This document shows positions 13,831 through 26,261 of a stretch of DNA of 64,000 bases, in pieces (within the stretch, counting starts at the first letter, position 1; each line of letters starts with the position of its first letter). The translations under genes and the position numbers were made by a program. Below the pieces are notes generated by a model, which saw only the letters and a program-made list of their open reading frames with translations, did not search any database and was not told where the DNA came from. Source of the DNA: Callorhinchus milii (taxonomy: Eukaryota); assembly GCF_018977255.1 (NCBI RefSeq), contig NW_024704743.1, forward strand, positions 80,044,001 to 80,108,000. Reading direction: 5' to 3'.

Positions 13831-14727
13831 TATGAAAGGCCAGTCCGCAGTACAGTCAACTGTGGAGAGATGGTGATTTGCTCTCTGGTCTTGTCCAATG
13901 CCCACAACAAGCACCATCAGATAAGATTGAGCATGAGTTGGAAGCAGCATCAAACTGCTTCTGCACGGCACCAATAATATGCCTCAAAGAAAACTTCAGA
14001 AGATCGCCCTCTATTGCACAAGTGAGACATTTCCTGGTCCAAAGTCTGCCATTCTTAAAAGTCTGGCTGAGTGAACACTGTTCATGTGATAATAACTCAC
14101 AACAAATAATAATCCCTATGTATTTTGACTCAGAAACAGTGGGTTATTCCACTCAGTTTGCTACATGTTTTGAATATATTTAATATGGGCCAACAGCTGC
14201 AATATTCTGTTCATTTGATACAACATGATTTTGTGCTTCTACATTCTAAATAAATGTAATGACATGTTGTTCCATTTATTTGTAAGTGCACAGGAATGGC
14301 TCTGTTAACTCTATTGATTGGGGGAGAATGGCATTTTGCCCATTTTAAACACATTTACTACAAAGTGTGCACAGGGCAGAATGATATTTCAGGCACTGGG
14401 CCGAAGTAAAACTGTCAACCCTCATTTCATGTTTGAGCCACACAGCCAGCGGAGTGGGGAGAATTTCATCTCTTCCGGTTGTACTGGATCACAGGATTTC
14501 AGGGCAATACACTGATTTTAAGATTTGTCTGTTCATCATATAAGAAACGTGGCCGCATTTGACCCACAAAATATACAGTTAATCCAATTATATTCTGTGA
14601 AATGCTTTGAAACATCTCAATGCCGTGATAAGGTGCTATATCAAATGCAAGGATTATTATTAATTAATGAATTCTGCGTGCAAATGACAACTGCCACAAA
14701 AAGGCCCTCACATTAAAGTCCTTTTCT

Positions 14728-15150
14728 CCAATGCAGTACTGGGGGTGTGCTGCACTGTCACAGGTGAGGTGCTTTGGATGAGATGTTAAACTGAGATGCC
14801 ATTTACCCGTTTACCCCCAGAAAGCAATCCACCAATCGACTAACAACTGTGTCTCTGGTTACTGCTTGGTAAACAGACGCATGTGGAGTAAAGAAACTTG
14901 CCTAAGGTTTTGCCCTGCCGGGAGTCAAACCTGGGTCCTCTCGTTTGTGAGGCGAGTGCTCTAACCAATACGTTACAGGACTCCTGCTTATGGAACATTG
15001 TGCGACACTGTGGGACATTGCTGTGAACAAATTGGCTGCCAAATTCACCTACAAATACATAGTCATTAAACCTTACAATAAATCCTGTAAAGCACTTTGA
15101 GATTCTCGGCGACATGATGATATACTATATCAAATGATAAGGATTATTAT
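14728..15150 (+). mobile_element. Deu-domain SINE containing an antisense tRNA-SINE 5' half (14812-14984)
   Basis: ttggatgagatgttaaactgagatgcc core; insert carries gcgagtgctctaacca...caggactcc. Confidence 0.7.
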
Positions 15151-15961
15151 GTTTATATTATTTTCTCTGCTTGTTTGTTAAGCACTATTCATTTCAGATC
15201 ACCTTTATTGTCCAGTTGAGATACATAGCCTAAGACTGCACCTAGGAAAATACAAAACAATTGTATCCATAACTTCTATTAAGCCTACTGGTTTGACTGC
15301 ATGCTTGTGGTGAAAATAAAGTTTGCTTTGTCTTATTTACCCTTTCAAAACTTCAGTCATTGTAAAATCTAATGAGCATTACAGTCAGACAGAAACTGTT
15401 AACGCTAATTGCCCACTTTAGCAGAGAATTGTCTAACACCAAAGCATAAAGGTACATTCCTAAAACGTAATTTCTTCAGCATTTTGCTGAAAAAATAATG
15501 ACTACAAATTATCGGAAAGTGCAGGCTGTGGAACAAACGTAGAGTAGAAAATGAATCACTGTGCAAATTGAGTAGGTTTCGGGGGACACACATGCAAATG
15601 TTGGACTACATTAAGACTAATGTGACTTTCATTCTGATTAAAACAAAGTGAAAGTAATGAGTCATGTCACATAATAGTAAATTGAATTGAAACTGTGGCT
15701 TTATAGATGATCCCAGCGGCTTAGATCTAACAACACTGTGAGATAAGGCTGTTGATAAAGTAACAGTGGAAAGGTTCGTGGAAAGCCAGATGACTTTTTT
15801 GATAGAGTTTTACAATGCAAACCTTTTGATCAGAGTGACTACACCCTAATAACATGGTTTCCTATCTACAGAGTACAACTTTATACAAGCAGTCCAGTGT
15901 AAGCTAAAATTGTTAAAAGGCGCTGTTGAGAAATCTTCTGATAATGAAGACACATTAACGA

Positions 15962-16522
15962 AATAATAATAATCCTCATATTTGATATAGTGCCTTAACC
16001 CATTGTTGAGAAGTCTCAAAGTGCTTCACAGGATATATTGTGAAGTGAATTGACTGGGTATTTTGTGGGTGAAATGTACAGCCAATTGCGCGCAGCAGTG
16101 TCCCATAAACAGTTGTGGATTGAGTGACCAATTTTTTTGAGAGGATTATTATAATAATAATCCTTGCATTTGATATAGCGCTTTTCACATCTTCTAGATG
16201 TCTCAAAGCGCTTCACAGAATATACTGTAAAGTGAATTGACTGTATATATTTGTGGGCGAAACGCAGCAGCCAATTGCGCACAGCAGTGTCCCACAAACA
16301 GTCGTGGATTGAGAATGACCAATTTATTATTGTTTTTTGTTTTGGAGGGATTATTATTAGGCATGTGGAGTAAGGAAACTTGCCCAAGGTTTCGCCCTGC
16401 CTGGTATTGAACCCAGGTGTCTTGCTTGCAAAGCGAGTGCTCCAACCACTGAGCTACAGAACTTATTACCCCCGGAAAGCGATCCGCCAATTAACAGGCA
16501 ACCAGATTCCTATTTTCTGCTA
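15962..16522 (-). mobile_element. Nested tRNA-SINEs: short-subfamily copy (16146-16460) inside a long-subfamily copy
   Basis: Two tandem aataataatcc tails; outer copy resumes at ttattacccccggaaagcgatccgccaatt (~16463). Confidence 0.85.
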
Positions 16523-17384
16523 GATAATAAGAGAAAAAGAAAGTGAGATGAGCTAAGCTGCACTGGGTACTTAGTAACTGCCTGATAAATAATCCTTGCA
16601 TTTTATACAGCACCTTTCATTTTAGGAGAATGTCTCATAGCGTGTCCTAGGATTTATTGTAAAGTGTAGTGACTGTATTTTGTGGGGAAACAATAATAGG
16701 CAGTACATCGATATCCAGCACACTGCCTCTACCAAGCAGTGCACTGTAGTGCAGCTTTTGTTGTGAAATTTTCTTTATAAGGTGCACAGCAGAGAAGAAG
16801 CATGAACTGTGGTTATACGTCAGATTCTATCACAGTTTATAGCTGATATAAACTTACCCATACATACGTATGTCAGCACCAATTTCCACCTAGACCCTGT
16901 GATTGACAGCTTCAATCAACAGGATTTCTCCTGTACGTCAGGTTAACTTAATGCTGTCTTCTGTGTGCAGAGCCCTTGTACCTTAAAAAAACAAACAGAA
17001 AAACAAAATCATTTTTTGAAAGTGACTTTTATTCATTTGGTTCCCTTTTCTCTTCCCTTCACCCATCAGGTAAAAGTAAAAAGTAAAAAGTACGCTGGTT
17101 TCAGCAAGGATTTGGTTAAATTTGATCTCATTTACTGGCAATTTTCTTTTCAACACCAGTGTTACTTTAAACGCCTTCTAAAAGGGCAATGGCACTTCAT
17201 GATGAAGATTGTAATCTGGATCAGTTCCTGGACAAGCCAGGTAACAGCCTACTGTGTAAATCCCTTTACTGCAACACTGGCTACTTGTCTTGTACTTTTT
17301 GGTCTGTTTCTTACTGCAAATCAAATGGTAGTAGTAATCTTGGGATGTTCTTCTGATGTAAAAAATAATTGGTAATAAAATGAT

Positions 17385-18094
17385 TGATAATAAAATGATT
17401 GAAAGTAAAATGAAGCTATCCCAACAGTGCTCGGTAGCAGTGAGTAAGGCAAATCAGATGCTAGGCTGTATTAAAAGGGCAATATTGAGCCAAAATAATC
17501 CTGCCACTTTAAAATCACTGGTGCGACCATACTTGGAATACTGTGTGCAGTTCTGGCCACCACAAAATAAAAGGATATTGCACTGATTGAAAGGATACAG
17601 AGGAGGGCAACCAAAATGATTGAGGGGATGGAGGGACTGGACTACAAGGAGCAATTAGATAAACTGGGCATATTCACACTGGAGAAGAGAAGGTTGAGAG
17701 GCGATATGATTACGGTCTTTAAGCTTCTGAAGGGAATAGATAATGTAGACCATGATAAGCTGTTTTATCTTGTACTGAACAGTAGAACCAGAGGACACAG
17801 CCTGCGATTGAAGTGGGGTCAATTCAAAAGAAATCTGCGGAAACACTACTTCAGTGGGAGAGTAGTAAACTTGTGGAACAGGCTCCCTAGGGAGACAGTG
17901 GAAGCAGAAAATGTTATTTATTTCAAGAACAAATTAGATCGATTTCTGCTAGAAAATAATATCTCGGGATACAATGTATAGTTTGGGACACGACAGATCA
18001 AGTGAATGCCAGGATGGTGGAAGGCGAACTAGATGGACCTTAGTCTTCGTTCACCTAGAAAATTCTTATGTTCTTATGTTCTTAGATTCTTATG
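17385..18094 (+). mobile_element. CR1-like LINE 3' end (ORF2 C-terminus, 3'UTR and ttcttatg repeat tail)
   Basis: [62 protein letters not shown]; (ttcttatg)n tail. Confidence 0.95.
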
Positions 18095-18565
18095 AAAGGC
18101 GCTATCTAAATGTAAATTTGTGTTATAGTAATACCAGGGACAATTTTGACAATGAAGTGTTGGATGCTGCCTCTGTACACCCATCAACCTCACCCTTTGA
18201 AGAATTTACTGGAGTTATAGTTAGAGAAACAGAAATACATTCCCACAAAATATTTGTCTTAAAAGAACAGATTGATCGATGCTACTCTCAGTAGATTCCA
18301 GCCTGAGAACTGGAACCAAAATCACCCAAAAGAATACAGTATATTTATTGTCTGCTATTGCGGACGTATTGCGTAATTGCTATGAGTGTTCAAATGTGGG
18401 AACCCTTTGTGAGCAAACTTTTTAGTATGGTTTGAACCGAACAAATACAGTCAGTGAATAGAATTAAATCCAGGTATTAATAAACGCGAGTCTGAATTCC
18501 AACCTTTGATCTAATCTGAATTGTGGTTGGGCAAACTTCAGGTGAAGGGAATCATAAGAATAATA

Positions 18566-18995
18566 ACGATAATCCTTGCAATTGATACTGTACCTTTCAT
18601 ATTGGGAGCAAATCTCAAAGTGATTTGCAGAATTATACTCTGAAGTGCTATGACCATGTATTTTGCAGTTGAACTGAATGTCAACATCGCACATCAAACT
18701 GCCATGAAGTAAATGATCAATTTTATTAGACGGATTGTTGGCCAGGACACAGGGAAAAACTCCCTTCTCTTGTGAATACTTCCATAGGATCTTTAACAAC
18801 CATCCGAACAAGAAAACAGGAACTTGGTTTTACATCTCATCGGAAGAACAGCATCTCTGCCAATTCAGCAAACGCCCAGCACTGTATTGGAATACCAGCC
18901 TAGAGTGTGAGTTCAAAGTCTTGACTTGAGGCTTGAACCCACAACCTTCTGACTCAAAGGCGAGGCGAGAATGCAACCAACTGAGCCAGCATGTC
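18566..18995 (-). mobile_element. Near full-length Deu-domain SINE
   Basis: Right end gcttgaacccacaaccttctgactc...caactgagcc is the tRNA head; ataggatctttaac core; aatccttgca tail at left. Confidence 0.8.
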
Positions 18996-19204
18996 AAGTG
19001 GTCCAATTATTTTCCAGCATTGTGCCAGTCACAGTCCTGATCTTACAACCATGTTATAACAATAACAATAATCCTTACATTTGATATAGCTTCTTCATGT
19101 TTGGAGGATGTCTCAAAGTGCTTCCTTCACATGATATAAATTCAAATCTAGTGACTTTTTATTTAATAGGAAAACAGTAAGGTAAGTAAGATAAGGTAAA
19201 TGAC

Positions 19205-19350
19205 ATTGCTCAAGTGGCCATTATTCATGTGTCAAGATAATACACTGAGGGTTGGCAGGTTACTTGACCAAGGGACCATCCCCGCCAGATTTGATCCTGT
19301 TGTCTCCTGGTGTCATGTATAAGTACCTTCCAGCTGTAAGTCGGAATCAG
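19205..19350 (-). repeat. Old SINE-like repeat (family F)
   Basis: caagtggccattattcatgtg and gatcctg blocks antisense to the 28440 and 45660 copies. Confidence 0.5.
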
Positions 19351-19364
19351 AAGTTGGAATCCTA

Positions 19365-19745
19365 GTGTGTTAGCCTGGCTAGTTGGTAGCACTCTTGCGT
19401 CCGAGTCAGAAGGTTATGGATTTAAACTCCACGTTGGGACTTTGAACTCATACTCTAGGCTGACACTCCAGTGCAATGGTGGGGATTTGCTGTATTGTTG
19501 GAGATGCTGTCCTTTGGATGAGATGTTAAACCAAAGCCCGAGACTCTATGTGAAAAGAGATGAGAGTTTTCTCCTGATGTCCTTGTCAACAATCCCCGAA
19601 TAAAATGGATGATTCACTTCACGGTTGTATGCGAATTGTCACCTGTAGGTAACACAGTCATTACACTTTACAGTATATTCTGTGAAGCGCTTTGAGATGT
19701 ATTTCTTATATGAAAGGTGCTGTATCAAATTCAAGGCTTATTATT
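19365..19745 (+). mobile_element. Near full-length Deu-domain SINE
   Basis: tRNA-like head ggctagttggtagcactcttgcgtccgagtcagaaggtt, Deu core cctttggatgagatgttaaacc, and L2-type tail tgtgaagcgctttgag...ttattatt. Confidence 0.85.
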
Positions 19746-19767
19746 TTACTTTCACTAGCCCTTTTTT

Positions 19768-19985
19768 TTGGTCAGCCAGGTGTCCGACACATGTGAAAAT
19801 CCATTATCATGCTTAAGAGTATCCAAACTAAACTGAGATTTGCATGCATCCCACCTACACATGGAAAACCCAGAGATAGATTGTTGGAATGGAATGTGCA
19901 CTCTCTCGCTGGAGGGATGCATCCTGCTTACCTAATTTCTGAAAGTATTAGGCATAGGTTTGCCTAACCCTGAGGTGCTGAGACC
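19768..19985. repeat. Unclassified family E, copy 2
   Basis: Aligns by eye to 58592-58834 (gcatccca.ctaca..tggaaa..ccagagatagattgttggaatg). Confidence 0.75.
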
Positions 19986-21169
19986 AATTATAGAGCAATT
20001 ATTTCAACATGTACACTGGACAAGACTGGTTAACTCAGCACAGATTAGGATTCATAACCTACAATACTCTGGTTTGATTGGATTAGTGCTCTGATATGTG
20101 GTGCCTATTCTCACAAGACCATCACACCAGGGGAAAGCTATCTTGCTATTTTGAATATGACTAGTATGCATCTCTGATGCCCGTCTACAACACTAGACAA
20201 ACTTTCAGATAAAGTATAATTGGAAAAAAGTATTCCAACTGGCCGAAGTAAATACAACTACAATCTTATTGTGGAGTTAATGATCTCCAAGCTTCCTCTG
20301 ATTAGATTCAGTCATAAAACATGTGGCCGTTTATTGACTTAACATTGTATTAGAAATGATGTAAGCAATCTTTCGGTTATTGATAAAAATTGTGCCCTAA
20401 AGGTGACAACATTTAATCTGTACATAATCGGCAAAGCAGCAAGCAATGATTTAAGGGTTCATTTACAGGTACTTGTTTTGATGTACCTCATATCAAATAA
20501 TATTACCCCCACCCTGGTACAGCATGCTTACAAGTTGATGTGTCGAGCCAGCTTCATATTGTGCTGCTTTCTATGGATGAGTTGACCCGTCAAATGCACT
20601 GTTTATACTTGTGGCTTTGTAATGATATAGTGGACTCTTTAGCTATTCTCTCCCATTGTATCTGAATGCCCATGTTGTACAACTGTCATTAAATGACTGC
20701 ATTAGTTCAGGCATTTAGCTATCAAGTGAGGCCTTTGCAAACCTCACGTTCATGTCGGGGAAGAGAAGAGTTGAGCCCTCATATTGTACTTCAGGGAAGC
20801 ACAGATGTATACTGTACTTTGAGTTACATTATCAAAGATTAGACCTGGAGACATCACCAGGAATAAATGCAGACACCTCATCCCTTATCTCCGTCCAAAT
20901 GATTAGTCCATTGACGTAAACAAGAGGGTGCCAAATATTTGCAGAGAATATTTTACTCCTTGTGAATTCTGTAAACAAAGTTAAACCAACCAAATTGCAA
21001 AATGATCTGATTTGGAATTAGGCCACGTATTGGCAACAAAACTAAAAATAGCTCAATTCAGGACATTTCAATAGTTTTATTTCGCTCCTCACATACCACA
21101 GGTATTTTCACAATTGGAATTGAGTTCCAGGATTCAGATTTCAAAGCATTCACAGTTTTCTGATTTTGT

Positions 21170-21404
21170 TTAGTTATCTGGGTGCCTGACACTTGGAAAC
21201 CCATCGCTATGTTCAAGAATATGCAAACCCAAATCTAAGAATTGCACATGTACCCGAAAATTTGTCTGGAACTCTCGTACCGGAGGGACGCACCATCCCC
21301 ACCCAATTCATCAGAATGTATTAGGCACTGGCTGGAAAGAGCCAAGGTTTGGAGGATCCTAGATTGTTTGTTGGGTTACTGCTGGGGATTAACTAGCTAA
21401 AACC
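21170..21404. repeat. Unclassified family E, copy 3 (diverged)
   Basis: ggagggacgcacc, gtattaggcac, gagccaaggtttgg and tactgctggg...agctaaaacca blocks. Confidence 0.6.
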
Positions 21405-22139
21405 ATTGTGAGCTATGTCAGCAAACTTTTCATTGCTTGTCTAATTAGGGAAATCCTTTCCTTTAGGGCTTTGTCTTGCAGGGTTAACATTTCATTGATG
21501 ATTATGGAAAGGCAAGCACTCCAGAACGCTACTCCGCATGAGGGGTGCTATATAAATGTAAGTTTTTGTTGTTGGCTATGTCATTGAGAGCTATAGAAGC
21601 TGATAACTGGCAATTTTCACTCACAATTATTACTGTGTAAGTACATGGTTTACATAGAAGTTTACAGTAATTAAAATATTTAATCCTTCCAATTTCTCTC
21701 CTGAATGGACTGATACATTCTGGAGAATGGAAGGTCCCACAAACATTGGAAGTCCATATATATATTGGCCAAATGGCTGAACCATCAGGGAGCCACTCAT
21801 CCTGTGAACATCACAAGCATATTCACCGTTTCAAGGCTGTGAGGACTCAAGTATACTGTTGACATCTGTTTGCTCATTTTAATGTGTCAGGGATGGACCT
21901 GATTAGATCTAAGATACAACTATCAAAAAATATCCCTTAAAGGTCATTTTTAGCCCATCAAAATATCTTTTCATTTTAAAACAACCTTGTTCCCAACTCC
22001 AAGATGTAAAACTTTTGAAAAAAGAAGTAAAAGTTTAAAAAAAAACTTGAGGAAGTGGTATAAGCTTTTCTAATGGCCAAGCAGGCAATGAGACTCAATG
22101 TAATTCTAAAGCCATACAAACCCCAAAGCTTTGATTCTT

Positions 22140-22356
22140 GGTGTGCTCTCGGTTTGCTGATCTCAGCCGTGACAACAAGGGTGAATTGTAGCCAGGATTC
22201 CCCATTGCTGATCACTATGCTGCTAGAACGTGCACACCTAAAGATGTTGACATGAGAACAGAATTGAACTTGGCTGTGATGTCTCTCACAGTTGAATAGC
22301 TGCCTGTACCTGCTGTATTGTCAAACACGAAGAACAGTCAGTTGGATGAGGTACAG
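22140..22356 (+). repeat. Old SINE-like repeat (family F)
   Basis: gctgatctcagcc...agccagg...gctgatcactat...ttggctgtgatg...gaatagc...gaagaa; the ggctgtgatg block recurs at ~45732. Confidence 0.6.
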
Positions 22357-22659
22357 GTGAACCTCACGAATCCGATCACTCAAGTGATTCGGAAAAAATG
22401 ACCTTCTTCGTGAGGTGACCTGCTTACTAGAACAGATCGGGTGATTCAGGTCACTGATATAATGTTAAGGGCATTGGTAATGGGCAAGGGTGATGAACAT
22501 TCAACAACCATACTTTGCAATCTCAGTAAAATAAAGTACCACATTTAAAACAAATGCTGTCATATATTCAGCCTACCTTTTGAGAATGCATCCAACTTGT
22601 GGTCTGCCAATGCCATAGATCACATCTAAGTGTATATCACTTTTGCCCTCACTATTTTT

Positions 22660-22936
22660 GATTAAGTCCACTCTCTCACGCAAGGACAACTCCTTCCATG
22701 GTGGCACGTTTACAGCACTTACAAAGAATTGGCCGCAGGAGCTCAGGTTAGGCGGCAGCTGTCAGGTGCTGGACAAAATCGATTTTCCGTGCACGCCACT
22801 TCCGAGATCCCAACACTCCCTGAACCGCGCGGAAACAACCAGAGCACACTCTGCCCACAGTAGCAGTGTCGAGGAAGCGCTCTGAGATGCTACCCCATCT
22901 GGAAGGCACTATATAAATGCAAGTTGTTGTTGTTGA
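22660..22936 (+). mobile_element. L2-like LINE 3' end (second subfamily)
   Basis: aagcgctctgagatgctacccc...ggcactatataaatgcaagttgttgttgttg terminus; 5' extent uncertain. Confidence 0.6.
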
Positions 22937-23817
22937 AACAGGGTGAGAAGGCTGAGGCCTAGAGCGCTGTGTACTGTACATGTTAGTAGCGGAGGGGGAT
23001 GTTTGTACCAGGTTTGTACTGGAGGAGGCCGCTGTAGCAGCTGCAATCAATGACCGCTGTCCTGATTAATGAGCTGCCCGGTTTACTGAAGCAGACAACC
23101 TATCTTTTATTATTAACAATAAAAAAGACTGTGAAAATGTGCCCACAATTGTGAGGTGGCTGGACTACCGAGATGACCGCAAACCAGTTTCTACTGCACT
23201 GGAGCACAGCTTGACCTCATTGAACTGTAACCCAGCAAGATTCAATGCCTGCAGGAGAATTGGGAAGAAGAAGAAAATATTAATTAAAGGTATTAGGTAG
23301 AGAGAAAGAAAAGTAAGAAGAAGTAGGAAGAAAGTAATAAATACAGGATGAGCCATTATAACCTGGTGGTTTGTGTTCATCTGGGTCCTCAGGTTACTGC
23401 TGACATCAATTCCTGAATGAAGCGCACATGCTCATTATGTGCAGGAAGTATCGTCGCCACTATTTTCTGCATATGCGCAATGCACAAGACATGAAGTCAA
23501 TAGCTACTCGATGATCTGGAGTGTTTTAGTGAGGGAAGCCAGGTGGATGTCCAGGCTGAGATTGGAAACTCACCGGCGGTGAGTTGTGGAGGAAATGTGT
23601 CCCAAGGAATTGTGGAGGGAATTGTGTCCCACTATAATGTGGTGCAGTGTGGTGCAGTGTGCTGCCAGCCATCTAACAAGTGCATTTCCACACAGATGTG
23701 ACACTTTAATCCTCTCCAATATTTCCTTTAGATCCACTAACGACTTCATGCTAAAATAATGTGCATTCATTTCCCACTTACAAACTGCTCATTGTAGATT
23801 AAATGAGTGGGGATTCA

Positions 23818-24178
23818 AACAACAACAGCAACAAGATTTCATTTATAGAGCGCCTTTCACGTCGGGAGGACGTCCCAAGGCGCTGGACAGTTGGGTCGGG
23901 ACCCGAGCAGGGGGGAAATGGTCAGGGTGAGGGGAGGGAAGGGAGGGAGCGAGGAGGGGGTAGAGAGTCGAGAGGGGAGCTGAAGGCACAGTCGAAGAGA
24001 AAGGTCTTGAGACCGGCCTTGAAGGAGGAAAGGGAGGAGGCGGCGAACGCACTGGGGGATGGAGTTCCAGAGCCTAGGGGCTGAGAGGCTGAAGGCCCGG
24101 CCACTGATGGTAGGGCGGTTGGGGCGGGGGGTGTGGAGCAGACCGGAGGCAGAGGAACGGAAGGTACGGGCAGGTAAG
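23818..24178 (-). mobile_element. Young L2-like LINE 3' end
   Basis: Close match to 4970-5367 (PRPNRPTISGRAFSLSAPRLWNSIPQC); intact stem-loop and (AAC)n tail. Confidence 0.95.
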
Positions 24179-24924
24179 TGCTTGTAAGGTAAAAACAATG
24201 CTTTTTGAGTGTGGGATTCAAACAATTCTTTGAGGTTTGGTTAAATATTACAAGCCAAATGACAGTAAGGGCAGATTCAAGAGCAAGACTCTTTCAACAT
24301 TCTTTTTCTGTTTTTATCACCTGGGAAATTTGAAGGACAAAAGCACTGAAATGGAAATGATCAAAATTGTTTTCTTTTAGAGAGGGCAAGTAGTTGCATT
24401 TATATAACACCCCTCATGCGTGGCAGTGTCCCAAAACGCTTGACAGTACAGAGCACAACGCCAAGCCGGGGGGAGGAGACCATAGGCACTGTCAAATTTC
24501 CTCTCTTTATTTCTATCTATTTTCTTTCACTTTATTTCCGCTCATCTGCGTGGGATAATAAACAGTGTAATTGGCTCTGTGGTCGGAATCAAGGAGTGTC
24601 CAGTGGAATATTTGTTCAACTAATAGATCGCTAGCTTTAGTTTTACTTAAGGTGTATTCATAGGAATGTAAATCCTATTCAGTACTTGCTTGAGAGAAAT
24701 AATTCAATCCAGCATGTTATATCCTGCTCATTTCTGTTGAACTATTAGCCCATTTAAAAATTAAGCAACATGTTCCTGGCAAGCAGTGTAGGATTTTAGT
24801 AGCTGGGGGTGAATGAGTGGGCATGGGGTGGAGACCGCTTTCTTTTTCATCTTTAACACTTACAGTGCCGGCAAGTCTAAATAAATTTCTGCCTCTGTGG
24901 GTTGACTGGTCATGTATGTTTTAG

Positions 24925-25225
24925 TGATAATAATAATAATAATAACCCTTACATTTAATATAGCATCTTACCATATTGTTGAGACATTTTGTAGGCAAAC
25001 AGGGCAATTAATTTGTGCACAGCCATGTCCCACAAACAGCTATGAATTAAATAAACAATTTTATCTGGGAGATTGTTGGTCAGGAATCAGGAGAAACTCC
25101 CTTCTCTTTTTGAGTCATGCCATGGGATCTTTAACATTCACCTGAATAGGCAGACAGGGATTCGGTTTAACATCTCATCCGAAGGATAACACCTCTGACA
25201 ATGCAAATCTCCCCCAGTATTGTAG
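24925..25225 (-). mobile_element. Deu-domain SINE
   Basis: gccatgggatctttaacattcacctgaataggcagacaggga..cggtttaacatctcatccgaagga is the antisense Deu core. Confidence 0.85.
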
Positions 25226-25477
25226 AGACTGTATGACCCTTGCATGCTACTCAGATAGTACACTAATTCACTAAAGTAAATTGAAAAACAATTTAAATTG
25301 AGACATTTCTAAAGTCTTGGTCCTCTCTTTCTTTGCTGAAGAAGGCCATTGGGCCATTTGATGTCATCCTTTCAGAATACCAACCCCAATGTCTTCCCAT
25401 TACAGCTTCAAGTTGTGTCTTAATTGAGCCTGGCATTCCAGCTACTCTCACTCTTGTTGGTAACTCATTCCAATTGT

Positions 25478-25858
25478 AGTAAATTCTGTGCCTGGTGTTT
25501 TGAGTTCATATTCTAGGCTGACACTACAGCACTGTATTTTGAGGAGCGCAGCATTCTTGGAGGAGTCGTCCTTCACATGAGACCTTAAACTGAGATGCCC
25601 TCTGCCTGTTTGGGTGACTGTTAAACAACCCATAATACTACACAAAAAAAGGAGGGAGTTTCTCCCAGAGTTGTGGGCAACAATCCTCCTGATTGATCAT
25701 TAGCCTCCTGTTTATTGGAGGGACATTGGTGCGTACAAATTAGCTGTTGGATTTGCTTACAACTGTACAATCGCTTTCAGTTAACAGTAACTTCTATGAA
25801 GCACTTTGAGATATTTCAATGTAATTAGACACTGTATCAAGTGCAAGGATTATTGTTT
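25478..25858 (+). mobile_element. Deu-domain SINE
   Basis: ctaggctgacactacag...gtccttcacatgagaccttaaactgag, with a tgcaaggattatt tail. Confidence 0.7.
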
Positions 25859-25859
25859 T

Positions 25860-26100
25860 TATTAATAATTTTCCTCTGGGTAAAGAAATACTTCCTGGTG
25901 TTTGTCCTAAACTTGCTCTTCACAATTGTGAACCTAGTGCTTTCTTGTCCTGCTACCTTGTGTAACTGAAAATATTGTTTTGGGTTTACTTTCACTATCC
26001 CATTTCGCAACATATGTGCAGTATCTCTATAAAGTCCTCTCTGAATTATCTTCAAGATTGAAGAATCTAAGCTTACTATTTCCATCAAACTTAACTTTCT
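25860..26100 (-). mobile_element. CR1-like LINE fragment
   Basis: Minus strand reads KSKFRTNTRKYFFTQR. Confidence 0.7.
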
Positions 26101-26261
26101 AACATTGAGTAGCAGCTTTCTATGGTTCCATACTGGCTTGGTGAGGTAGAGTGTGCATCCATGAATAGTGATTCTGTCAGCGCCTGAGTGAGGGAATTAT
26201 TAGGAGCCATGCAGAAGGACCTCTATCTTGTCGACATTCAATTGGAGAAAGTTAGCTCTCA

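Noticed and set aside
23165..23248. Minus-strand exon candidate after a long pyrimidine tract
   Set aside because: Poor donor, frame ends in a stop, and it lies beside probable repeat remnants
25335..25365. Hammerhead-like ctgaagaaggccattgggcc
   Set aside because: No GAAA box after the stem; it is a decayed CR1 3' end
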